The translations under genes and the position numbers were made by a program. Under the pieces are notes generated by a model. The model had not been told where the DNA came from. It saw only the letters and a list, made by a program, of their open reading frames with translations, and made no database searches. Below, one piece after another: positions 52,730-64,000 of a stretch of DNA of 64,000 bases; position 1 is the first letter of the stretch; every line of letters starts with the position of its first letter. The DNA comes from Eledone cirrhosa (lineage: Eukaryota), in contig OZ024744.1 of NCBI GenBank assembly GCA_964016885.1, forward strand, positions 73,780,001 to 73,844,000. The letters are read 5' to 3'.

Positions 52730-55700
52730 ATTGATATCCTGGGGAGGGTCATATTGTTATAATATTCCCAGAAATAATAACAGAACACTCACTGTTTGGT
52801 TTGGGTTGGTTTTCCTTCTGTATCATTTATAGCTCCATAGTTAATTTATTTGGCAATGTTTAATGTTTATCATTGATGGACCAGCGGTTTAAAATACAGA
52901 TATAAATATATATATAGTCTATCAAAGTTCTTTTGTCGCACACCTGCAACATCATCAGTGGTACTATTATCTTTCCTCCCATTCTATTGTATTGTCTACG
53001 CCATTTTTATTTAATTTATTTACTTATTTCTTCCTGTCTCTGTCTCTGCGCATACATTTGCGTGTGTGTATAATGCTTGGTGTGAGTGTTCGCGTTTGAG
53101 TGTATGTGTTTTTGTTTTTGTACTCTATCTTTGTTCACTAGTGTGTGTTTATATGTGTTTGTTGTTACTGTCCTTGTGTATATATTTATTTATTTATTTA
53201 TATTTCCCTTAAGTCAGTATTGTTTGTTTAGGTATGGTTGCTGTTGTTATTCCATTCGTTCTTTCTGTTCAACTTCGGTCTTCTTAGTTCTATCTCCGTT
53301 GCTTCTCTGATTTGCCTACCCGTTGAGTCATTTCTATGAGGGTCTTGTATTTCTCTGTGGCTCCTTTGTATACTCTGATTCTGTCTCTTTGGTTGTAACC
53401 AGAGAACTGTATGCGATTGGTTGAAATGTTGGATGTGTCTTTCCATTTAAGTTGGGTCGTACATGCGGCACACATTCTTCATCACTCTTACCAAGTCTGC
53501 GATCAGAATATTAAACTGAGCACTATTGGACATTGCTGAGTTTTTGAGTATCAGGTATTTGGAGGCCATAATGTGAGTGGAGAATTTGGGCCCTCTCGTC
53601 TATAGTGTTTATCCATAGTTCCGTGTCTAATACAGGTAGTCTACTGTTAGGTTGTTTGGAAGGGTAGTCAACAGTTACAATTATACTCTGGTGTATGGAG
53701 TTAGCTATCTGCTGGATGCTCTCCATTGTGCTATTTTCTAATTCATGTTTATTTATACTCTTTTGTAGGGGTGTTCTTATTACTATATTAATTATTATAT
53801 ATTATTACTATATAATATACGTAACGAGGGTACATGACGAGGTCTATGGAGTTCTCTTCAAGGAGTTCTCTGAGTCTCCTTTCCCACCATACCATAAATC
53901 GATTGGCAACATCGTCAGCTATGCTGACTCCAATGGCTGCTCCCTCTTTCTGGATGTAGATCTTTTCATTAAATTTAAACATATGGCCCATTAGGGTAGT
54001 TTTAATACTAGCCCCTAATGCATGTGCGACCATTTTTTCTCACCTGATCATTGTTTTAGGGTGTCCGTTTGGCTTTTGCCCATCCATTCCATCTTCCCAT
54101 GTGAGTCTTTTTAGCCATTGAGGTTATTGTGATGGTGGTGGTGGTGGGGGTTGGGTCTACCTCTTATAAGTCTACTTGGGCAGAAACAGCTAAGGTCATG
54201 ATTATCTAGGTATTCGGTGTCATAAGTAGGAAGCCCATTTCATGTGTTGACGTTGTAGAACTCCACTTCGCTCTCACTGATTATTTCCACACATTTTTCC
54301 ACTGCAAAATTAATGTTAATGGATGGTTAGTGATACTACATCCATACTGCCTATTATGCAGTTAGTTAAGTTTTTGTTGTTGCATTCATTGATTCTACTG
54401 AGGAGGCCTTCCGTGCTGTCACATATATCTGGGTCATCTTAATTATGGAGCGTATAACCATTGAGAGGAAGTAGGAGATCCTGTAGTTGCTAGCAATATT
54501 GGCTCCGCATACAGGTCTTGTTGGTGGTCCTGTCGTCGGGTTGTTGGTTGTTTTATGGTTTTTGCGGAGCCCATACAAGGGTGGTATGTCATTTTTAGAC
54601 GCTTGAAAGTTGTTGGCTGTTCGTCTACTTGGTTTTAGGATGTCGATCCACATCATCATGTGAGCGTTGAGGATCTTTTCTCTCTCTTCATGTGTTTGTT
54701 GTGTTGTTTCGCTCGTGTTGATGATGTGGGGTTGCGTAGCCTTGTTATAGTTCGGCATGCTGTCTATTGACATCCTACCATATTTATTTGTGGGTAGACA
54801 TACTACCTCACTATCCCTTGTGCGCTGCTTGAAGCTAAGTAGGCCTTCTACAGGTTTTCTTCTAAGTTGTTTAATTTTTGGTCTGCTTTGTTTCTTAGTA
54901 TATTGGTTTACTACCTGTCTAAGTTTATTTCTAGCTATGGAAAACTGTGCCTCTGTTTGGTCATCTATTTGTTGTGGTATACAAACTCTTTCATTAAAAG
55001 GTAATTTAGTGGGATAAATTTTGTTCATCTTGTATGTTTTGTCAGCTGGTTTGAAGAACAGGTTCTCCAAGGGGTTGTCATTAAATCTACCGTTATAATT
55101 GTGTGTACTACTATTATTGTCATTATAGCTGTTGTTCCTACTGTTAACATTATTATTATTGTTATGATTGTTAAATGTATTGCTCTCTCCATTGTTATTG
55201 TTGTTGTTACTGCTATTTCTACCATTGGGGTTGTTACCTGTATTGTTACGTTTCTTGTTTTTGTTGTTGTTGTTTTGCCTATCGTTAACGTTATTGTTCC
55301 TGCTATTTCCATTATTATTATTTTCATCTCTCCTGCTATTGTTATTGTTATGACTATTATTATTATAGCTGTGGATTGGCAGTATCGGTAGAGGGTCGGA
55401 TGCCACGCTTTCCAGCATAGTTACGTCCCTTTACGATCTGAGTTCAAATCCCGCCGAGGTTGACTTTGCCTTTCATCGGGGTCGATAAAATAAAGTACCA
55501 GTAATGCACTGGGTAATTGCTGGCCTTGTGTCTAAAGTAGAAACAATTATTATAGCTGTTATTTCTATAGTCACAGTCATTGTTTATATTACTACTTTCG
55601 TTATTATTATTGTTGTTGTTCGTAGTGTTTTTATTTATGTTCGCGTTCCAAACTATTTTCGTGAAGGACTTTTCAATCTCCGACATGCATTGTACTGGGT

Positions 55701-55905
55701 TTACTTTGTTATACAGCGGATTTGGGTGGTAGTTGTAGAATTTGTTGTTCTTCTTCACTGGTTACCATAGATGTGTTACCATAGATGTTTAGTGTATGGT
55801 CTTTGGTAAACTCTGTATGTAATGTGACATCTGTCATACAGATATTGTCGATCTTGTCAGGATATTTTTCTAAGTTTCCTTTTCTTTTCTTGTTTTTTTC
55901 TGAAT
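52730..55905 (-). mobile_element. Long degenerate PLE family B (Asn-rich N-terminus, RT, deleted GIY-YIG, pseudo-LTR)
   Basis: PPLYGLRK.HK..GPPTRPVCGA, IIGSMDVVS, YIQKEGAAIG, YPRYV, TVDYPS..LPVLD..W, QFSGY; decayed hammerhead at 52920-52963. Confidence 0.88.
55373..55552 (+). mobile_element. SINE S1 inserted in the PLE Asn-codon repeat
   Basis: 14-bp TSD ATTATTATAGCTGT at 55359-55372 and 55546-55559. Confidence 0.9.
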
Positions 55906-55917
55906 ATATATATATAT

Positions 55918-56830
55918 ACAACGACACTATTATTGTGTCTTTCGATGTAGTGAATCTCTACACAACGATCCCATACCAATACGGACTAGAAGCAATAGGA
56001 TTCTGGCTAGAGAAATATCCCAATGAGATACCTGGTAGAATAGAAAAAAGCTTCATCACCGAGGGATTAACATTTATCTTACAGAACAACTTTTTTGATT
56101 TCGATGGCAGTACTTACAAACAAATATCGGGGACTGCGATGGGTACAAAAGCCGCTCCAACTTATTTCAATAGAAAATCTGAATTCTGACACCCCAGCGA
56201 ACTAACCATATTCACTGAACCAGAACAATTCTCCCATCCCATTTCTCTTGACCATTATCTTTTGCTTGTCATAAAATTTTCTAAACAGGCTACAGAATAA
56301 ATTTCCAAATACGGGCGCGAAATTTAATGAAAACTTGTTCACGTGACACCCTAATTTCATTTATAACCAATCAAATTACATTAATTTAAAAAAAAGCCTT
56401 CGTGAGCCCCTATTTTTAAGTAAAAAGAAATTCAAACACTCATATATGAAAAAGCAACCTGATCCCCCCCCCCCCCCACACACCTTTGTTTGAAGAACTT
56501 TGTAACGCGAACAGGCGAGAAATTTATTATAATTATTGACCAAACAATCAAATTACTTCTCTAAAAACCTGGCGTTCGAGCGCTTTTTTTTCATATAAAA
56601 CAAGTAACATTCAAAGACCAACCAGATGTGAGAAAAACCACAGACCCTCCATCTCAACTGTACTCTTGAAAAGCAGAAGAACTGCGAAACCGGTAAAGGA
56701 ACCAAATAAATATATATGTTTTTTTTTTAAATAAGACTTCAGTTGTATTTTCGATTTCATCTTTTTTTCTTTATACTTTCACTCGGGTAGGACACCTCGG
56801 TTATTTTTCATTTTGTAAAAAAAACCTCAC

Positions 56831-56836
<6 letters not shown>
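55918..56836 (+). mobile_element. PLE RT fragment (Neptune/Penelope-type) joined to a pseudo-LTR
   Basis: IVSFDVVNLYTTIP...FILQNNFFDFDG..YKQISGTAMGTKAAPTY; U3-A8 hammerhead-like TTGAAAA-GCAG..CTGC-GAAAC-CG-GTA at 56666-56695. Confidence 0.8.
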
Positions 56837-56882
<46 letters not shown>

Positions 56883-56888
<6 letters not shown>

Positions 56889-58646
56889 ATGCTTTGGGAG
56901 GGTCATGTTGCCAATAAGAAACACACGCACCAGTTGCTTTCACTCCAATTTATTATAAATAAAATTTATAAATTTAAGAATTTATAAATTTCTGGTTGGT
57001 TGGTTGGTTGGTTCCACAACCGGACGGTTGTTCATATATTCTCAAAGTTCTTTCGTCAAACATTCTGTGACCACTTCAGTGACTGGGGATTCTTTTCTTT
57101 GTTTTTGAGCCTCTCATTTGTTCGGTCAAAAACAAGATGGCGTAGGACAGAACTATTAGACACGGTACTCTGGATTAACACTATAGACGAGAGAGCCCAA
57201 ATTCTCCACTCACACTATGCTAAACCCATGGTCTCCAAATACCTGATACTCAAAAACTCAGCAATGTCCAGTAGTGCTAAGTTTAATATTCTGATCGCAG
57301 ACTTGGTACGAGTGATGAATAACGTGTCCCGCATGTGCGACCCAACATAAATGGAAAGACACATCCAACACTTCATCAACCGCATGCAATTCTCTGGCTA
57401 CAACCAAAGAGACAGAATCAGAGTATACGAAGGAGCCACGGAGAAGTATAAGACCCTCATAGAACTGGACATGAAAGGAATTTGCCCATTATACAGGAGC
57501 AAATCATGGAATAGCTTAGATAGGGCTAGACATAAGATAGGGAAAGCCACCTCATGGTACGACAACCAGAGATACCAGAGTGTCATATTTATGGACGTTA
57601 CCCCTGGAGCGAAATTAGCTAACCAGTGTAGAAAGGCCCTGAGAAAGACCTACTTAAAGATTAAGGTGGTAGAAAAGCCAGGAACCACCATAAAATCCCT
57701 GATCAGCAAAACCTACCCTTTTAAGAAAACCCACTGTACTAATAGGAAATGTATCATATGTAAGGTAAAACCCCCGATAAACTGTAAAACTTGAAACGTA
57801 GTCTATAGCATAAGATGTACATAGGGTACTTGCAGAAACATGACAACAACATACATAGGCGAGACAGCTTAGCATAGGTGAAAGGATAGACCAACACTGG
57901 GGGGAAATAAAAGGACGTAAAAACGGTTCAGTACTATACGAATATGCCAGACAACAACACGACGGTAACATAGAAACCATAGAAATTAGAATAATATCTA
58001 AACATAGAAATGACCCAGCAGATAGGCAAATTAGAGAGGCCAGTGAAATAGAAATTAGAAGGCCAAGGCTAAACAGAAAAAATGAATGGAATAACAACAA
58101 CACCCAAACAAACAACACTGACCTAAGAGAAGTATAAATAAATAAATACATAGATAAATAAATAAATACATACACAAGCACAATAACAACAACACATATA
58201 AACACACACTAGTAAAGATAGAATACATTAACTAATACACAGTCACCCAATCACGAACACACATCAAACAAAACACTATACACACACGCAAACGCATGCG
58301 CAAAGAAGACAAAAAAACAACAACAAATAAATAAATATATAAACTGACTAAATAAAGATGGCGTAGAAAATACAATGCAACGGGAGGAAATATTAGCACC
58401 ACTGACGATGTTGCAGATGTGCAACGAAAAAACTTTGATAAACTATATATATGTGTTTGTGTCTATATTGTATCTGTATTATTTTTGACCGTTGGTCAGT
58501 GAATGGCAACATTGAGGACCGAATAAATTAGATTACCGATATAAAAGACACAGAAGCGAAAAGCGAAAACCAACCTAACAGTGAGTGTGTTCTGTTATTA
58601 ATTCTGGCAATATTACACAAATATGACCTTCCCCAAGTATAACAAT
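56883..58646 (+). mobile_element. PLE family B 3' part (thumb + GIY-YIG + pseudo-LTR) preceded by an inverted family A pseudo-LTR
   Basis: ORFs 57150-57350 and 57351-57794, then YIGETA; hammerhead-like CTGACGA-T-GTTGCA GATG TGCAAC-GAAA at ~58401-58430; 56883-57100 matches 25808-26020. Confidence 0.88.
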
Positions 58647-60327
58647 ATATATATATATATATAAATATATATACACATATATACATATATCTATATGTAT
58701 ATATATCTCTCTCTATATATATATACATGTGTGTGGGTGAGTATGCGTGCGCCTCTTAAAATATCCAACATATTTTTGTGTAAACGAACAGTTATCGGAA
58801 GAACATTGGACCTATTGTCTATGGATCCATATACAATTATTAAGAAAAAAGGTAGATTATTTTGAAGAAGCTATATACTATTGTTATAGTGTTATATTTC
58901 ATACAGTTAATTGTTTTGGGAAAAAGTCGCATTTTATCACTATTTCAGTATACAGTTAGCGAAATACAATAATAGTGCCTAATATGCTATTTTCACATAT
59001 ATGGCAACAAGGAAATTAGCATGTTATGCTTGTTCAAAGTTTCAGTATTTTGTTTTCAAATATGATTTATCCTAGAATATATAACATTGTATTTTCTTGA
59101 ATAATACGCAATGTTTTGTTTAAAAGGCGGCATATCATACTATAGATTAAGGTAATATTATTTGTTCAACTCTCTATTTGACGTCATTCAAATAGGTCCA
59201 TAATTTTATTTTTCGCTTACCTTTTTTGTTAAAGTCTTTAGATTCTTGTGGCTAATCCAACTAGGGGCGTAGACAACAAGCTGGCCTTCTTTTATATTCA
59301 GACTTTAGATGCAATACATGTATTTTTTTGCCGTCATGTTAAGCTACAAATGATGTAATACATTTTTAAGAGGGAAAATTCAGCAGAAGAAACAGCAAAT
59401 TCAACATATTTACTGTCGACTACGATTCATTGTTTCCATCTGTTTTGGCTGGTTGTCAGGCAAAGCCTCGGTCCTTCCACTACAGGCAACAGCAAAAACG
59501 GCAACAGCAGAATGATAATAACAGAAGAACGTAAGACCACCACCATCCCCATCACTAGCCCCTCAATTCCATTCGAAAAAAGAAAACCTAACCCAAAGGC
59601 AAGGTTTGCAGAACAATGATCTTGGCTATGTCGGATCTGGTTCTCCGTGAGACCAACAATCAACCTGGTTATATGCAGATGCATTGGATTCAAATCTAGG
59701 CAATTGGAAACAAGCGGCCCACACCACGTAGCATTCACAAGATTTGGAACATCAAGAAATACATTATCTGGAATGATAGAATTGGTATGGTATATGTCTA
59801 GTTCCACAGTGAGACGGGCTTCAGTACTCAGTCACGATATTACAAAATGAGCTGCTAATCCTCACACCAGCTTACCTTGGTCAGTGTTCGACAGGAATAT
59901 GAGTGGTATGAGCCAACAGAAATTGACATCTGTAATTTGGTAAGAACTGTCTTGGCAAGAATTCATGACACATTAGGAATTCTTCTTGTGTAAAAGCTGC
60001 ACAAGAAAAATTGGACAAGTACGATGATGGACCTTTAAATCCAATTTACCCAAAAGGGACTGGAGAACGTCCACAAGATTATCAATTTCTCGGATAGCGT
60101 CCAACGTTTCGTGGTTATAGAGAACAGCTGCCTAAGAGGTTTCTGTCCTCAAAGGCCAGACTAAAAGAACAGTATTCAGGGTGACACTTTCCATAGCAGC
60201 CTCAAACAGCAGCTGATGCCACAGCACATACAGGATCAGCAACATTACATAAAAAAACAACCACACAAAATTACAATAGTAGTAGATCAAATTACCAAAA
60301 TGCTCCAAAACATGCCCAATAAGGACC

Positions 60328-62190
60328 TTAGAGGGCCAGTACTTTCTTTAGTATATAGGAAGTGTAGATCACCACAGTCATTTGTAGGAAAGCAATTTCT
60401 AATGCAAGGTTTATTTGCTTAAGATGCACTTTGCTTAATGAGCCCAAAGCTCCGATGACTACTTCAATTATATTGATATTGTTGGGTAGTACAGGCCACG
60501 TTCGTGCGATTTCCATATTCAAGTCCGTATATTTCGTTATTTTTTGTTGTTCTTCTTTTCTTCTGCAATTCCATGCAGGGTCATGCTGTGATTTTCTAGG
60601 ATTGTAATATGAATTATTTGGCATTCATGTCTAGTTCTGTGCATAACTACAATATCAGGTCTATTGTGTCCAAGTTGGAGGTCTGTTTAGATAATGAAGT
60701 CCCAGAGTATCTTGGTATTGTTTCTGTCATGAAAGGCACTGGTACTACGAATGGCTGATGTCCATATGTTTTGCATATCGACCAACGAATGTTTAATATA
60801 GACCTTATCATGTTATCATTTTGAGCTAGCATTTTATATGTGGTGACCATATGTTTGAAACTTTCTGTATAAATTCCACATAGACGGCATTTCACACTTT
60901 TTCTAAGATACTTTGGGATTTCATTATCTAAACAGACCTTTGACTTGGACACAATATACCTGATATTGTAGTTTTACACAAAACTAGGCATGAATATCAA
61001 ATAATTGATATTACACTCAGGCAATCGGAAACAAGCGGCCCACAACCATGTCTTTTATATAATTTGGAACATCAAGAACTGCATCATCTGGAATGATAGA
61101 ATTTGTATGGTAAATGAATGGTTCCCCATTCAACCATGATAATTTATACCGTCAGTCACTGGGGTTTAGTATCCAAAGCTTGGTCATGAGCTGAAATCAG
61201 TACTACTTTAGTGTATTTTTTTTAGATTACTGTGGGAGAACCAATCCCAAGAACCTTCAGTTTTTAATTCATATATTTGCTGTTCAAATTGTCTATGCGA
61301 TGTATTTCCAGCTACTGCTTCTCTTTCCTCCACTGAGACTTATCTTTTAAACTCTTCATTGCACTCCATTATTTCCTTTTCCAGGTTCGTTACTGCTGAG
61401 ACATACGGCAGAAGTCTTTCATTACTATTTAGGTGGATTGGCAGTATCGGTAGAGGGTCGGATGCCATGATTTGACGCATAGAGTTTCGGCCCTTGTCAT
61501 GCTGAGTTCTATTCCCACCGAGGTTAACTTTGCCTTTCATCCTTACGGGGTCGATAAAATAAAGTACCAGTAATGTACTGAGTAATTGCTGGCCTTGTGC
61601 TAAAAGTAGAAACAACTGGTAATGTTTGGCTCGCCACTCATTTTCAATATATTCTGTAACTCTTCTCCCAAATTTGCGTTTCATGCAAACCTGATTTCTA
61701 CTAATCTTTGGATGTAATGCCTTATGCATGGCCATCATTTTTCTTGTTTTGCAGTCTCTCTTATCAATCAAGATCTCTGCACTCTGTCGTATCGCAGTGC
61801 TTACATCAAGAATCAAAGTTTTCCATGTAGTTTGTATTTCCGAAGTATCATCCTATGTAGATATGTTTTATTTAAAATATCCTTCAATGGCCACATCTAT
61901 CTCTATGGTACCTAGATAATTGTACCTATAATTACTTGGATAATTCGATCATTCACCAGACCAGATGATAATGTTAGCTACATATGAATTTTCCATTTTT
62001 CATGTTGACAACTGCTCATTTTGAAAATACCATAACTATATTCTGACAGCAACTTCAGACAGTCTGTTCTAACGATTCTATTTGTGTCTCAAACTTCATA
62101 AACAAATTCAAATGTTCCAAAAACAATTGGTGGTTTTAAAATGAATTAGAAGCATCTTTCCTCAGCTTAAATCTCATCTTTACCTATATG
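60328..62190 (-). pseudogene. Highly degenerate R4-like REL retrotransposon
   Basis: KYTDL..EI..W...IEVVIGALG; CRLC...E..KHM; KTRKMMAMHKALHPK. Confidence 0.7.
61432..61615 (+). mobile_element. SINE S1 inserted in the degenerate R4 element
   Basis: GGTGGATTGGCAGTATCGGTAGAG...GTGCTAAAAGTAGAAACAA. Confidence 0.85.
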
Positions 62191-62399
62191 TTGATGCCAT
62201 AAGGACTGGCACTGGTCTCTAGAAGACGCTGGACATGGCACCAATGATGAAGGACAGAGATCGCTGGAGAGAACTCGTCCATATATCTCGTGAATTTTAC
62301 CCACCCTAAATAGATTGCCTATATTGGCATAAAAGCAATGGCAGAGAAATGGGAAAAGAACCCAATATATGAGTGCAAATTATTAATTTCGTGGTGTTG

Positions 62400-62505
62400 T
62401 CATTCTTCTACTTCTTCTTCTTCTTCTTCTTCTTTGTAGTAATAGTAGTAGTAGCAGCAGCAGAAATAGTAGCAATAGCAGCAGCAGTAGTAGTAGTAGT
62501 AGTAA

Positions 62506-62538
<33 letters not shown>

Positions 62539-62587
62539 CAATATTAGTAGTAGTAGCAACAATAATAGCAGTAGCAGCGGCAGCAGC

Positions 62588-62648
<61 letters not shown>

Positions 62649-62700
62649 ATAGTAGTAGTAGCATCAGCAACATCAGTAGTAGTAGTAGTAGTAGTAGTAA
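62400..62700. repeat. (TTC)n/(TAG)n/(CAG)n compound microsatellite
   Basis: Directly visible. Confidence 0.95.
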
Positions 62701-63096
62701 TGGTTAAATTTATGTTAGCCCATTTAATTAGTGTTGAGTAGTTAGTTGAATTTGGGTCGAAAGCCTTACCATATAAAATCATAGGGGGAAAAAAGTAATT
62801 TTAGAATATGGACGGAGAATATTACACCAATCGAATTGTTGACGTTGATTGGAATTGGTTGATTACTTTCCGTAGTAGTTCTTCTGCGGTTCCTCTTACA
62901 AAATTGTGTGATTGTGTGTTTAACAGTTTGTTTAAAAATGGCCAAACGCTAGTACTACATTTTATCGATCTGCTACTCGATTGCTGTATATTCACTTACA
63001 CATTTTCATCACATGAATAAATATTGAAAAAAATCTTCAACTTTTATAAACTAAAAATAAATTACCCACCACAATGTTTGCTAACACACTGTTATC

Positions 63097-63172
<76 letters not shown>

Positions 63173-63657
63173 GGAGAAGAATGAAACGAAATTTCATTTC
63201 TGACTCTTAGTGCGGCTGATACTTAAATGCAAGTATGTATGTATACGTACATACATATATGTATACAGACGTACAGTAGTATGTATATATATATACATAC
63301 ATTCACACATATATATATATATATACGTATGAGTTTACCGAACATTTATTATAATGTTCGGTTTGTTTGTTAATAAACAAACAAACAACCCGGATTACTC
63401 CGTACAGTGTTCAAGCAACCATCGTCTCCCCTTTGTTCAACACTGACACAGGAACGATGTACTAGTTTCAAGCTTATTAGCTATCGTCAGCATCGTATAC
63501 CTTTCTGCCAGATGATGGAGCATCTGAAAATATATACTTTCCTTATGGATATTAACGGCTGAGCAGCCTAATTTGCATATCGAGTGAGTTAGTCGGCCGG
63601 GCGCACTGAAAACGATAAATGGAAAAGAATGAAACGAAATTTCATTTCTCACTCTTA

Positions 63658-63801
<144 letters not shown>

Positions 63802-64000
63802 AGTAAAAGAGTGCAGAATAACGTGGTCAGCTGGACAATAGGGTTTATTTAGATTATTAATAATTGTTTCAATCGTCACTCGATTTTAATTACAGTCAAT
63901 ACCCGACCAAATCGTCAAAATACTGATATGTGTACATATTACATTTGCTAAGATAAGATTCTTTTGTCATCTTGGCAATTTAACATTCTCCATACGCATT

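Overview
Eukaryotic, AT-rich, microsatellite-dense genomic DNA made almost entirely of retroelements; I find no recognisable host gene. The SINE, LINE and microsatellite mix looks like a cephalopod (Octopus-like) genome, which is an inference. Contents: (i) an ~11 kb stack of non-LTR retrotransposons nested in one (TTA)n tract: two tandem R4/Dong-like REL elements, two short 3' ends of a second Dong-like family, and a full-length but mutated Tx1/L1-clade element; (ii) many tRNA-derived SINEs, several with clear 14-18 bp TSDs; (iii) several families of Penelope-like elements (PLEs) inserted in (TA)n, often as fold-back structures carrying minimal hammerhead ribozymes. The most unusual signal is a non-coding ~530-645 nt repeat family at 42.9-49.3 kb, present in tandem and inverted copies. 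Each unit carries a hammerhead core whose three strands are in a non-circularly permuted order (UH first, then GAAA, then CUGAUGA), supported by compensatory base changes across three subfamilies. This suggests a retrozyme-like element with a rearranged, pseudoknotted ribozyme. Most listed ORFs are translations of simple repeats. Element boundaries were read by eye and are approximate.
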